Shown here piece after piece: positions 11,557 through 25,031 of a DNA stretch of 64,000 bases. Origin of the DNA: Octopus sinensis. Its lineage: Eukaryota. A program made the position numbers and the translations under genes. Positions within the stretch are counted from its first letter, which is position 1. Each line of letters starts with the position of its first letter. The notes beneath the pieces are model-generated. The model did no database searches. It saw only the letters and a program-made list of their open reading frames with translations, and was not told the DNA's origin. Where the stretch lies: NCBI RefSeq assembly GCF_006345805.1, contig NC_043009.1, positions 35,030,001 through 35,094,000 on the forward strand, read 5' to 3'.

Positions 11557-12847
11557 CGAGGGGCGTTCAATAAGTAATGCCCCTCACCCACTTCCCAGAG
11601 CAGTAGAGCAACGAAACTTGGCACAGTTATTAGTCTTTTTCTACATAGGAACCACCCAGAGTTACGCATTTCTCCCATCGTTTGATGCAGCTCTGGAGAC
11701 CGTTTTTGTAGAAGACCCCAGCTTGGTCCGCCAACCACGATGTGACTTCAGAAATCAAGGCTGCATCATCTGGGAAACGCTTTCCTTTCAAAAACAACTT
11801 CATGATTGGGAAGAGGTGAAAATCAGAGGGTGCAAGGTCAGGAAAGTAGGGGGAATGGGGAGGAGTTCATAGCCATACGCCTGTGCTTCTGATCTGGCGA
11901 CAAGCGAGTTGTGGACCGGAGCGTTGTCCTACAGGAGGAGGATGCCTTTGCTGATCTTGCCCCGCCTCTTGATTTTGATAACTTCTCTTAATTTCCTCAA
12001 AAGTGAAGCATAATAGGCTCCTGCAATTGTGGTACTCTTTGCCAGGAAATCTGTCATCACTACTCCGTCCTGGTCCCAGAAGACTGTGAGCATGACCTTG
12101 CCAGCGGAGGGCTGCACCCTTGCCTTCTTTGGAGGGGGTGAGTCACGGTGCTTCCACTGCATTGACTGGGCTTTGGTCTCTGGTTCATAGTGATGGACCC
12201 AGGTTTCATCCTGTGTAATCAGTCATTTGAAAAATTTGGACTCATCTTCTTGACACATCTCCAAATACATCCTCGAGCACTCGGCGCGTTCTTGCTTCTG
12301 GAAAGGTGTGAGCAACCGGGGAATCCATCTGGCAGACACCTTTTGCATATGCAAATGGTCATGAATGATAGTTTCCGCAGACCCGGTACTAACCTTGATC
12401 TCATAGGCTATTTGGCGAATAGTTATGCATCAATCTTCCAAAATGGCAGCCTCAACTTGACGGACAGATGCCTCATCAATGGCAGAAGGGGGCGACCAGA
12501 TCTGGGAGCTGTTTCCACAGAATTCCGACCATGTTTGAATTCACGATGCCAGCGTTTTACAAGGTTATATGATGGGGCATCATCACCATAAGTTACTTTC
12601 ATTTCATCAAAAGTCTCCCGTGGTGTGCGTCCTTTCAAATACAAAAACCGGATCACTGCTCGACACTCAACAGGCTCCATTTCACACTTGACTCGGTTCA
12701 AACACCTGTAAATCAGAAACCACAATTAGTTCAGAGCTGTAATTTGCCACTTGCTCTATAGAGATATAGATAATTGCACATGCAAAATTTCAGCTAGATC
12801 AAACAACTGCAAGTGGGTCAGAGGCATTACTTATTGAACGTCCCTCG
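11557..12847 (-). mobile_element. Full-length mariner transposon (1291 bp, irritans-like termini)
   Basis: TA TSD at 11555-56 and 12848-49. ~28-bp TIRs CGAGGG(G/A)CGTTCAATAAGTAATGCC(C/T)CT. Transposase pseudogene inside. Confidence 0.95.
11630..12680 (-). pseudogene. Mariner D,D34D transposase (~350 aa) with 3 nonsense codons and 2 single-base frameshifts
   Basis: MEPVECRAVIRFLYLKG...WIPRLL...TQDETW...DNAPVH...YFPDLAPSDFHLF...EKD*. 34 residues lie between the 2nd and 3rd Asp after frame correction. Confidence 0.93.
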
Positions 12848-14729
12848 TATTTATATTATGAAAATCGCTCAACAAAGTGAATTATTAAATAAGTTCTTAA
12901 AGTAACGAAATTACATTGAGTACACACCAACTATATTATCTACATATGTAGATTGAAGCATACGCAACAAATTGTGACCAACAAATTCGTCGTTATTCCA
13001 TTTGCGATGACACTCTTTTGTTGATTTAGATTCAGTTGTCTTTTGTCAGTCACAATTAAATCTGGGAATCACTCGAAATCTAAGGCATGCATGCAGAGAG
13101 AAATCGGCAGGAAACTATAACATTTCGATAAACTTATCTCTGAGAAATATAAACAAAGAGCGCAGTAAATCGTTGCGATTGATATCACTGTTCACAGTTT
13201 AATTTTTCTCATTGTTCATTTTATATTAGCATTTTATTCACCGAGTCAAAATATAAGTTTAGTTGAATTTTCCTATCTACCGTACTGTATGTAGTTCAGT
13301 TTTAAAAACATAAGTTGGTTATTATCTTCAACTGTGATATTAATTTTGCTGGAGGTGAGAAAATTATTCAAATGTTTCCTTGGGTTGCAAAAAGTTGTAA
13401 AACATTGACTATAATTGTCTGTCGGTTTCTCTTTCACACACACACGCACGCACACACACACAAACACACACACACACACACACAAACACATACACACACA
13501 CACGAAACCACTATTTCATTCTACCCTCAATTCAGTATGTTAACAGCATGAACTCACTATTTCTTTCCCCTTTTTTTTCTTTAGACACTTGTATCTGATC
13601 CTACCTCTCATACATAACACAAATACGTACATGGACACCCACACACGCACATATATGCGAGCGCGCATGTATACTTTCTTCTTTTCAGAATTCATTTCTT
13701 TGTTTCTCTCCTACCTCCAAACGGTTTCTCACATCACCGTGACGCAACTCACTGACATCAATCGATGACATTTTCTATTTTCTGTGATATATATATGGAT
13801 GACTCTGAAATCGTATCTGATAGCTAATCGCTAATAATCATAGAATGGAAGATTTAATTCATCAAATAATCAGGAGCCATCAGAAATGGTTCTCGCATGG
13901 GACAAATTTCAATCCCAATAGGTATATTGTATTTTAGAAATAATATTTATTCTTTTATCATTAAAAATCTAACATATTTACTTGTTCATTCGCTTGATTG
14001 CTACAAGTATTTCTCTTCATATCACCATTGATTTCATTATGTACTTTTTGATGTTTTCACCACTCAACCAAAACACATAATTACGATTTGTAATATGTTT
14101 ATTAGTTTTCCGTTGTATTATAATTATATAATCTAGCTGCAATGGCAGAGAACCTAAGCTGCTGTGTTATTGAAACAAAAAGTAATAGATTCATATCTTC
14201 TGGTTACTCGTTTACAGTAATATATAGTAGTTTCGAAATAATTCTGTTACTGACCCGAGGTAAACATTCAACAACTAAAATATATAACATCTTAAATAAG
14301 TCACCTGTCTGTTACAACATATTAATAAACACCCTACTATTCGTTTCGTTCTTGTGAAAGCTTTTCTGGCCATTGCACCTAGTGGCGTTCCGTGAGTTTT
14401 CGGCCCCTCCTTGCAATAACCTGGTCGAGTGCTCTCTGTCTCAAACATAGCATTTCTTCGACAACAATAACCATACTTGTATATAGTAGCCACCCTGTGT
14501 AATCTGCAACACCACCTTACATTCTCTGAACGTTCAGATAGTTTTCCTTTCTAAACTGTGTCAACACACCAAACATTTCCTCCGACGCTTTGATCACCCT
14601 CTGGAATCACATTTCTAAACACACAGCTCCTAGAACAAAGTTTCTATGTATTTTCCTCCCCCACTCCATTGTCTTCAAGACACTAAACTGCAAACATTCC
14701 TCACTTATCACAACCACCTTCATATTCTT

Positions 14730-14933
14730 TTCTACTCTAGGCACAAGGACCAAAATTTGGTGAGTGGGGGCAATCAATTAAATGACCCCAGTACGCAACT
14801 GATACTTAATATATCCCAAAAAGGATGGAAGACAAAGTCGACCTCGGCCGAATTTGAACTCAGAATGTAATGACAGATAAAATTTCGCTAAGCATTTCGC
14901 CCGGCGTGCTAACGTTTCTGCTACCTCGCCGCC
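14730..14933 (-). mobile_element. tRNA-derived SINE
   Basis: Same family as 29019-29250, reverse orientation. Confidence 0.8.
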
Positions 14934-16829
14934 TTAAAACCACTTTTATGTTGAAAGCTTAAAGTTTTTTACGAAACCCACCTTCCTTTGTAGAAAAAAC
15001 TATTTTAACACTTAATAACTTGTAAAAACAATAATTTTCCAAATATTTATGTTAACACATTTCAAATGAAATTTGTTATACATTTTCATTTGATTTTATT
15101 CATGATTTAACTATTCAAACTGTTATTTGCAGGAAAATAATATTTATGGTCATGAATGTTTTCATAATGTTGTTTATATTATGAGCTGTTAAACTAGAAA
15201 ACTTTTGATGCCAACCACTAATTTATTTGATCAATTCTTATGAATTACAATGCTCTGAAACTTTGAAGAAAGAAAAGTTTTAAATAATTGAATTTATTTT
15301 CTTCATATTCAAAAATAGGTTATTCTCCTTTTGTTTAACAGAATAGAGTATAAAGTAACAGTGTGGTCAACGATATACAAATGTAGACCATTAATACAGT
15401 TTCAATGCAGGTAGAGACCAGTAGTAAACAAGTCTCTGATTTTACTTTCAAAACTAAATTATATTTCATAACTGAAATTTTTTTTTATATTCGATCTGTT
15501 CTGTATTGAAATTTCAGTTCTTCCTTGGAAGGGGTCTGAAATGTACCATTTCTATGAGAAGATTTATTCAAGATTAGTTTCTTCTGACCTCTTGCACTGC
15601 ACAACTCAGTTGATTCTATGACAAGATCAAACTCGTGTGTATGACTGACACTTTATTTGAACTCATACTGTTGAGAGCTGTAATGGATGATGCAAGTCAT
15701 TCTAACCGACACTATTATAACTCACCAATTCACTGCTTTTGAAACGATATACAAAACGAACTAAAGAATGAGTAAGTGCAACAATAAAAATATAGTAGAG
15801 TCCAATGAAACTAGTGATATATCTGATGGTAGCTCTTAAATAGAAATAGTTCTCAAATTAAATTCATTGCAAGGGGGAGAAAACTTATCTGACATTTCCG
15901 GCATAGCTTTACGTCTTGGTCCTAGCAATGTAAGTTTCCGGCACAAAACATCAGCTTTCTCCTATTCCTTGAACCAAACTAACTTATTTAACTTTATAAA
16001 CAGTGTGTACTCTATCGACGAAAATACACCAAATAATCTCTCTCTACACAGGGAAACAATATATAAATTTTTTGCTTACTTTTACAGCTCTTTATTTTTT
16101 TACCGTCGAAAGACTATAAATATTGTATAAGATTTTCTCATTAATCATCCATAACCAGAAATAAAATAAAGTAAACAAAACATCAATCATATTTTCTTTT
16201 CTCTAATGCTGACCTACAAGGTTTCCATAGTAACAATTTAATCTTTATTATTTATTTACCCCATAGGTTTCATTTTCTATTTGGATTGATTTCTCTGTAT
16301 GTTTAAATTGCTACTAAATTCATTCTCTTAGTAACCACAGCAAACGTATTAGGAGAGAGAGAGAGAGAGAAAGTATACAGTGAATATACATAGCCTTGAG
16401 AGTTCCTCCTATCATGTACATAGAAAATGACTGCTTTCCTGTTGAGTGGAGTTAAAGAAACAGAAAAACAGTCACGGATTTTTTTGTTGAGAAAAAAAGA
16501 AGCAAGTCTTATTTCATAACTTCCTTTCAACCATAACATTCTTCTTGCAACACACCATTAAAAAGATGTTTCCATAGAATTATCATTTGTCCAATATTAA
16601 TATTTATCTAAATTATCAAACGAAAGAAGTAAAGCACATGTACTTTTGTACATACATGCGTATCACGCGTTTATTTAAACCAATTAGCTTGCAGTTTACA
16701 TGTAATGGTTTTATGAGTGAGCAAACTTCGTTTGTTTCGATCGTTTTAATTTCAGTTGGTGGGGGCCTTCTCTAATTTGTTTATATTTATATGTTAAAAA
16801 TATTTTTTATTCCATATCATTAACTAGTT

Positions 16830-18260
16830 GTTATATGATTGTTGGTATTTCCGTTCAGAACAGGTTTGAACATTTTAATGAAACATTTTTCTTTTATCTT
16901 TCTTCCAACCTCACTTGTTGCGTCCCCAAAGACTATCCCCTCCTCACCGTGGTGGGGACGCTGGCAACGGGTAGTGTCAGAGCTATGCCGTCGGGAACTT
17001 CGGTTCCTGGTAGGGCCACCCAAGGCGGATCGGTCTGACACCGAATGGTATTAGGGCCACAACCCGGCAGACGGGGCTCTGGTGAAAATCCTCGGAGTGT
17101 CTGTTTCGGCAACCGGCGGCTCCTCGGTCGTTCTGTCCCTGCGTCTGCGGCAAACAGGATGTCTCTACATGCGGGATTGTTGGGGACCGCTTGTGAAATC
17201 CACATATTCCCACGAAACTTCTTCCATGAATTCTCAATGGCGAATACAATGGCAAAATCGGCCTGCACCGATGGAACCGTGACTGGCTCACTATCTCCAG
17301 TGAACTGGCGCAGGACCGTCGTGCGTGGGCTGCCATAGTTCAACATGCCTCGAGGGTGATAGAAGAAACCGACTCAACCCGCCCAGGGTGAATGTCGCCA
17401 CAACTACAAGTAAGTAAACCTCACTTGTGTCTTGTAGTTTGTGAAAAATTAGAAACATAAGAAAAATTAGAAAAATTAGGAACATTTTCTGATCACATGT
17501 TTCTATATGTTCGCTCTATGGAATTTGGCGAACATTAGTGTTCCGGATATTTGTTGTCTGTGAATACGTGAGCATTCCGATAATGCATTACCTGTCTCAC
17601 CAATGTATAATTCCTCGCAATTAGGGCATGTAATACAGTAGATCAATTTTCTGCTTTTGCAGTTCATATCTGCATTTGTGAAAATCTCTCCATTTTTTTT
17701 TCTAATGGATTTACCAGTATGCATGTATTCACACGTTCCACATCTGTTATCATTATAATTGGATATCGTGAATGTTTTATCCTATTTATTCATGTTTGAT
17801 TAGTTAAGTTTTTTAAATTTTCACTTTGTTTCATGATTGGCAAATTTGTTTTGATGATGTTAAAAATGTTTTGGTGATGCGGACTACGTTTTATTACAAA
17901 TGTTATTGTGTTCCACTGAAGGGTTCGTCTTCTTGTGTTGCCCTAAGTTGTTCTATCGGTATCTCTTTTACTCGTTTAATACTATTTTCTATAAGTAGGA
18001 GAGGGTATTTTTGCGTGAGCAGAAATCTTTTGAGTTCTATAAGTCGTATGCTCCTGGTATTTGGATCTTCTACTATAATACAAATTTTCCTGGTTAGACA
18101 ATGTACAATTACATGTCATGTAATTCCTTTAACATGAAGAAATGCTGGTCACAAGCAGAGTGAGAGGATTCTTTTTGAAGCACAGTCAACAATAGAGATG
18201 ATTAGTCTAAAGTATTTCTAAACCTGGTGTTAGATATCGGCCACAAAAATTAGAATTCTA
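16830..18260 (-). mobile_element. 5'-truncated Penelope-like element (RT thumb plus GIY-YIG), interrupted by the RTE derivative
   Basis: Minus-strand readings LTRKICIIVEDPNTRSIRLIELKRFLLTQKYP, CKSRKLIYCITCPNCEELYIGETG, and KEKCFIKMFKPVLN left of the insertion. Confidence 0.85.
16919..17416 (+). mobile_element. 498-bp non-autonomous RTE/BovB-like deletion derivative (5' UTR fused to 3' end)
   Basis: 12-bp TSD aacctcacttgt (16907-16918 / 17417-17428). The 5' part has gagctatgccg...agggccacccaag, recalled from BovB-type 5' UTRs. The 3' part encodes GLHRWNRDWLTISSELAQDRRAWAAIV...STRPG* followed by a caagtaagtaa tail. Confidence 0.8.
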
Positions 18261-18553
18261 AACAATTAGTTGTCTCTTAACATACTTTACATTTTAACAT
18301 TAGTTATATACGAATTCATTCTTGCTCGCCTTTAGATTTCGCTTCCTTTAATTTTACACAGAACAATGATTGTCATGATTTATAAGTTATGCAATTCGTA
18401 GCATTGTTTCCCTAATTTCTTTTCTCTTTTTGTATTATATAATATATTAATAATTCAGAAATCAATATTACATAGTTTTAAATTATTAACAATTTAAGAC
18501 AACGCTTTCTTCTTAGCTCAATAGATACTTGCATATTAGTTGAGATCAAGGTA

Positions 18554-19465
18554 TTGGGTCGTCTCATAAATAATGCGGTGTTTTTAATTGCATGAACTAA
18601 AAAGTCTGAGGAGAGCGGGATAAATTATGTGCAGCAACTTGCCATAAAAGCAGGTAGTAATTTTACCTTGTACTCATTCTTAGTTCAAGTTTTGAAGAGT
18701 GCATTGAATTGTAACAGTTATTTTTTCAAAACTATAATGGAAGTGACAAAGGAACATATTCGGCATAGTTTGCTTTATGAGTTCAATAAAGCAATAACGC
18801 AACGGAAAGTGCGAGGAATATTAATGCAGTATATGCGAATCGGACAACAAGCGTACGACAATGTCAACGGTGGTTCCAGAAATACCGACCCGGAAACTAC
18901 TAGCCTGGAAAACGAGCCTCGTTCTGTGAGATTTGTAGAGCTCGACGAGAACGTCCTGCAAACCCTGGTGAAAAAAAAACCCGCCGTAACTGTCAAGCAG
19001 AGAAGCTTGGATTTGGTCATCCGACCAGTCATTCAAGCAAGCGCTAGTAGAAAACGACCATCTTTGATTTGAAGACGAATGATGTTCTTCTATCCGGTTA
19101 ATGCTCGACCACATACAGCGAGGATGACATTCCAAAGGCTGGAGCACTTTGAATGGGAAACGATGCCCCACTCACCATATTCGTCGGACATTGCCCATCT
19201 TATTATCATTTATTCGGCTGTCCTCAAAATCATTTGGACAGAAAAAAATGAATTCTGTAGACGAGGTCAGAACAGTGCTGGAGGAGTATTTTTTTTCATG
19301 AACAAGTGAATTTTGGAGAGGAGCCTTGGAAGTATACCAGATAGATAGGAGAGCAACGGAGAAAATGAAGGAGAGTATATTTTACATCTGAAAAAAAAAA
19401 ACACTTTGTCTTAATTTTGAAGAATAAAAGAATAAAAAAACCGCATTATTTATGAGATGACCCAA
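18554..19465 (+). mobile_element. Internally deleted mariner (912 bp)
   Basis: TA TSD. TIRs ttgggtcgtctcataaataatgcgg / ccgcattatttatgagatgacccaa. Coding remnants MEVTKEHIRHSLLYEFN and NARPHTA...WETMPHSPYSSDIA. Confidence 0.92.
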
Positions 19466-20033
19466 TATATATTTAATGATTTGGAAAACTACCACCACTT
19501 TACGCACATACATTCACACACTTATACATATGTAATTATAACGTACATAAACTGAGCATATGTACATACACACACACATACACACACACGCACACACACA
19601 CACACCACACACACACACACTCACATATACACTCGCCATAAAATCTCCGAAAACCTTCGAAAACATTTCTTCCCACAAATTTCTTTATAATCGTAATTTG
19701 TGCCATTTGAAAGGGATTTGTATAAACTTTCATTAAAAGATACCCATTTTCCTGAAAGTTATAGCGGAAAAAAGTCAGATCGTGTGAATTTTCCGAAACT
19801 TCTCTCTCCATCCCCTCAGAAAAATTCTGTCCCATAAATACCTATATACTCTGAAGCCACAACATTTAAGTGGTATTGGTAGAAAATTTTGCTTAAAAGT
19901 ATCGATTTTTCCGGATGTTATGAGGCAATAGAATCGGGGGCGTATACATCGGTAGTAATACCCTATTATTTATACGATTCTTTCATTTCATGTTTATTTC
20001 AGTCATTGTTTGAAATATTCTGACTACCGCTCT

Positions 20034-20116
<83 letters not shown>

Positions 20117-20589
20117 TTCACACAAACACTACAAAGCTTACAGATGTGCTGCTGAATTGAAATCTCTCAGTTGCCTTGAGGAGAAGATAAAATTTGACAA
20201 ACTGCTTCTCCCTCTATTGTTGGACTACCGTGATTACGACTGTGATAAAATAATGAAAGCAATATTTACTAAGCAAGTCAGTATTATTATACAAAGAAAG
20301 AGTTAGACATAAAATATCATAAAAGTTATTAGAATTGGGAATCAAATGTGAAAATATTATCAAGCGGCTAGCAGAAACCACCCGGAGGGCGGTCATTCTG
20401 TTAGTATCTCAAATAATCCTAGGTGTTCCTTACCACACGATGCGCTTAGCCATTACTTGAATTTTAATTCAGTGCTTTAACCGTACCCGCTGGAATGTAT
20501 TATCCATATCTATTCATATCTATGTATTATCCAATGTCTGTGTGTATTTATGCCTAAAGTCAGAAGTGCAAGTGGCGAATTGTCTATAA

Positions 20590-21130
20590 AATCTGATGAA
20601 CCTTCTTTTGTGCAATATACCGAAACCCCCAACGAATTTAGATGGCCTTTCTGATAATTTGAGGGTAGAATAAATCCCCAGGAATACAATTTTTTTTTAC
20701 TTCGGCCAATAGATCAAGGTGTGATAGCTAACTTCAAGGCATATTATATGAGAAGACCTAGCATGAAATGAAACTTTCAGCTTTGAATAGTGCTTGAAAA
20801 AATATGTGACCAGACGGTATCCGTGACATTACAAGTTTTCCTCAATTAGAAACTCTACATGAAATTTAGAAATATATTGTGATACGTGCAAAGTATGTAG
20901 GATTTGAAGAAGTCAAAGAGGATGATGTGATTGAGTTATTAGTGTCCGAGAAAGAAATTTGATCTAACAAGGAGCTGATGCTTTTACAAAAACAAACTCA
21001 ATAAATGAGCCATTTAAATTTGCTACGAAAACTATTGCTAAAGAGTTGGTACTTATAGAGGAAGGTCTGCAGGTTTTTGCTGATAATGGTGCTAAATGAG
21101 AACTTATCATAAATGATACAAAAGAAGTTT
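20590..21130 (+). mobile_element. Tigger/pogo transposase remnant
   Basis: LRPIDQGVIANFKAYYMRR and GFEEVKEDDVIELL resemble pogo/Tigger DDE and C-terminal motifs. Confidence 0.75.
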
Positions 21131-21179
21131 ACAATTAGATCAGTTACAGAGCATATTTGAAATTAGGTAATGCAGAACG

Positions 21180-21400
21180 GACCGGTGTGAACGACATTAA
21201 TCGCAGAATACCGAAAGCTTAAATTCTATTGAGCAGGACATATAGCAAAGTTCACAATACGTGCAATTACCGAATGGTATCCAAGAGATTAGAAAAGGCC
21301 ACTTGAAACGTCATCTCGAGGATGGGAAATCGCTTTAGATAGAAGACTTGGGCTAATGTGAGAAAGGACGGAATCAAGAAAGAACTGAATGAGCAAGTGC
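21180..21400 (+). mobile_element. RTE-clade LINE 3' coding remnant
   Basis: TGVNDINRRI...AGHIA...TEWYPRD*KRP resembles RTE-1 C-termini. Confidence 0.6.
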
Positions 21401-21685
21401 GAAATTAGCATGCTTAACTAATGCATCTCGCATGCAGTGGAAGAGGTTGTCGCCCCTGTTAGTTAAATAGAGCACGTTCTTTCCGTGGCTAAAGAATGTC
21501 TATCGCATATTTCTAGCAAAACCGGTGCTCTCTGCACACTTGGTCACATTTTAGTGACGATCAATTATACATGCATATACATATATATATATATAAAGTT
21601 AATACAAAGAGAAAATACGACAACGTGAGGATGTGCAACAAGTATAGTGTTATTGGACGCTCAGGAAAGGAAAGAAAGAAGGAGG

Positions 21686-21720
21686 ATCTAACGTTTCGAG
21701 CGGAGCTCTTCGTCAGAAAC
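21686..21720 (-). ncRNA. Minimal type I hammerhead ribozyme motif
   Basis: Minus strand: gttt-CTGACGA-a-gagc tcc gctc-GAA-ACGT-T-agat. Canonical core, palindromic ACGT stem III, stem I with two G-U pairs. Confidence 0.72.
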
Positions 21721-21806
21721 ATACGAAAAGGAAAGATCCAAGGAGGGGAAGACGGAGGAAAAAATCGCCAATGATACACACGCGGTCATATACATACATA
21801 CATACA

Positions 21807-21842
<36 letters not shown>

Positions 21843-22085
21843 TATATATTATATATATATATATATATATATCTGTGTTTTTGCGTTTGTGTTTGTTTCC
21901 CACCCCCGCTTGACAACTGGTGTTGGTGCTTTTACATCACCGTAACCTAGTGGTTAGGCAAATGAGATCGAAAAGTAGCAGGCTCAAACAAAAAATAAGT
22001 GATAGGTGCAATTCATTCGACTAAAAGATATTGAAGATGGTGACCCAGCATGATCGCAGTCAAATGACTTAAACAAATAAAAGGA

Positions 22086-22115
<30 letters not shown>

Positions 22116-22116
<1 letters not shown>

Positions 22117-22470
22117 AGAGGCGCAATGGACAGCGGACTCGCGGTTGTAGGATCGCGGTTTCAATTCCCAGACCTGGCGTTGTGTGTGTTTATTGATCGA
22201 AAACACCTAAGAGCTCAACGAGGCTCCGGCAGGGGATGGATGGGTGGCGAACTCTGCTGTACATTTTCACCACAACTTTCTCTCAATCTTTCTTCCTGTT
22301 TCTGTTGTACTTGTATTTCGAAGGGCCAACCTTGTCACATTCTGTGTCACGCTGAATCTCCCCGTGTCTGTGGTGTGCTAAGCCACTTGCACGTTTATTT
22401 CACGAGCAAGCTGTTCCGTTGATCGGATCAACTGGAACCTTCGTCGTCGGAGCCCACGGAGTGCCGCTAG
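22116..22470 (+). mobile_element. tRNA-derived SINE (same family as 32619-33006)
   Basis: Shared body gcgaactctgctgtac...cacgagcaagctgttccgttgatcggatcaac. Confidence 0.85.
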
Positions 22471-23844
22471 TAAATATGCACAAATATTCGTATGCACAGG
22501 CACATGTACTGCACCTTGTTCCTGATTTTCGAACAAATAATTGAGCTTATATTAATTCACACACACACACACACACACCACACACACACACACATACATA
22601 CACACACACACACACGCACACATACACATACGCACACACACACACACCACACACACACACACACACACTAAACACAAACACATACACATCTCTCATTTTC
22701 CCTCTCATATCATTCTATATCGTACCTGATTTGGTGATTTCATATTCATTCTATAATTACAGCGGAAAGAAAAAAATACAAATGAAATTTAAAACGGTAT
22801 ACTTCTAAATTTGGTGTAGATCTTAACAAAATATTGAGACATACTTGGTAAATTACTACATGAATATTAAACTATCCACGTTATTTGTCACAACGTCAAT
22901 CTGACACCAGAAGATAATGGAGATACGAGATTAGGTGGAAAATTACTTCAGAATTTCAGCTGAAGATATCAGAATTCGTATCTTGTAATACTCTGTTAGT
23001 GATGTTTGGCCGTAATTATATGTGGATCGAACAGATTTGTTATCAAGGGTTTTACAAACCACAAAAATCCAACCCCCTTTTCTGGCATATTGTATCAGGG
23101 AGTAGATTATCCAATGTATAAGACTGTACAATGCGGTTTAAAACAACTTTAAATCCTGAAGACTAAATAAAACTGATCAAAACGTTTAGCTGTGACCATC
23201 CCATCGATATTCCCGTGGAATTTAGCTGCTTTTTCCAACAAATCCAACTAGCAAGTAGAGGCTCCCTCTTTGACACGTGATATGACATGCAATTACTCAA
23301 GCTGGGCTGCTCATATGTAGTACTATACAGTAAGGTTGGCAGACTGGTAATTTAAATGTTGTTTGTTATATTATTGTTATTGATCGTTGGAAGATATTTA
23401 ATGATCGAACACGTCTTTGATTAAACTGGAAATGATCCCGTCATAGCATTTTTTAAGATAGTAGACTGTGATATGAGGTAGATTTTTCTACTCTTTCTAG
23501 ATTAAATGGCCTTATAATGGATGTAGTTTCGGTTCGATATGAGCGTTCAGTGGCTCGATTCACGTAATAAGGCATTGCTGAGGTCACACCAAAACCATCA
23601 CCGTGTTCTTGGTATAAATGCATTAATCGGACCTACCCGATAAACAAGAGCCAAGCGTCACGACCTTCCCTAACAAAACATTTGTTGATTATATTTTGCA
23701 GTAATTACTCGCAGAAATGAGTCGCACCTCTCATTGCATTTCCTCACATGTTTTAAATGCGGTTAACATATCGTAGTCCGTTCGAAAGGACTTAATAGTA
23801 GTACTACTACTGCGTTCATCTCTTAGAGAGATTTTAGAACTAGC

Positions 23845-24560
23845 TGCTGGGGTAACCAAAGGAATGCGGAATTCTGAATATTATTTTATTCACCAAGCTT
23901 TACATGTTTACACTTTTATCGCCTTCAAAGTGTTCTCCATTTGAAACAATGCATGTTGTCCAGACGTATTCTCTACTGTTCAAAGCAGTCCTGGAACTCT
24001 TGCGAAATAATGTTTTTTAACACCCCCGTCATTTTTTCTTTATCTCTTCTATATTTGCAAATTCCGTATTACCAGCTTTCGTCACCAGTAATGATCTTCC
24101 AAAACAGTTCCGGATCAACTTTCAATGCTTCTTTAAGTTCACGACAAGCATTCAGTCGTGACTGGTTTTGATCTTCTGCGAGCAAGTGAGGTACAAATTT
24201 TGCTGCAACTCTTTTCATTCGCAATTCCTTGCTCAAAATTAATCGGCAGGAGTCCTAGGACACACAATTCATATCAACACTTTCGTCAGTTTTTCGGCGA
24301 TGGTCCTCCAAGTTATTTTTGTGATGTTTTCATTCGTTCAGGAGGCCAACGGTCACCCTGAACGAGGCTGGTCTTCAAACGACAAGTGCCCATTTCATGT
24401 AAACTTGTGTTTTGCTCATGATAGCGTCCTTGTAAGCTGTTTTAGGTATGAAAACTGTTTCGGCCGCCTTTTTCCCCCAGCAGAAAACAGAATTTCACGG
24501 AAGCATGCTGTTCCTTCGTTTCAACCACCGCCAAATTCGACGATCAAGGGAGAAGCGTTG
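23845..24560 (-). mobile_element. Internally deleted mariner remnant
   Basis: Minus-strand readings SVKFCFLLGKKAAET and LRMKRVAAKFVPHLL...KIITGD. Confidence 0.8.
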
Positions 24561-24763
24561 CAAAACCAGGAAGCATCACGTGGCAGTAGGACCTCACATG
24601 ATGAGGTAGGTCGGCTGACTGATGATTGAGAGTCGCATCAAATGGCTTTTAGAGGCGGAAGCCAAAACTACAACAGGATTGTCCCACAGAGAATGTTGCG
24701 GTTTACTTTTGGGTACCTTCTCGTATGTATGCATGTACATATACACGTATATGTATATATATA

Positions 24764-24813
<50 letters not shown>

Positions 24814-24828
24814 CGGTGTATATGTAAG

Positions 24829-24875
<47 letters not shown>

Positions 24876-24907
24876 ATATAATTCGGTGCATATATAAGTA
24901 TATATGT

Positions 24908-24938
<31 letters not shown>

Positions 24939-24993
24939 AGTATATATATATATATAGTATATATATAGGTATACAGGCATATATGTATATATA

Positions 24994-25031
<38 letters not shown>

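Noticed and set aside
13845-13921. Plus-strand start-exon candidate MEDLIHQIIRSHQKWFSHGTNFNPN
   Set aside because: No family match and no convincing downstream partner exon.
20144-20276. Plus-strand exon candidate CAAELKSLSCLEEKIKFDKLLLPLLLDY...
   Set aside because: Weak acceptor beside a microsatellite, and no recognisable domain.
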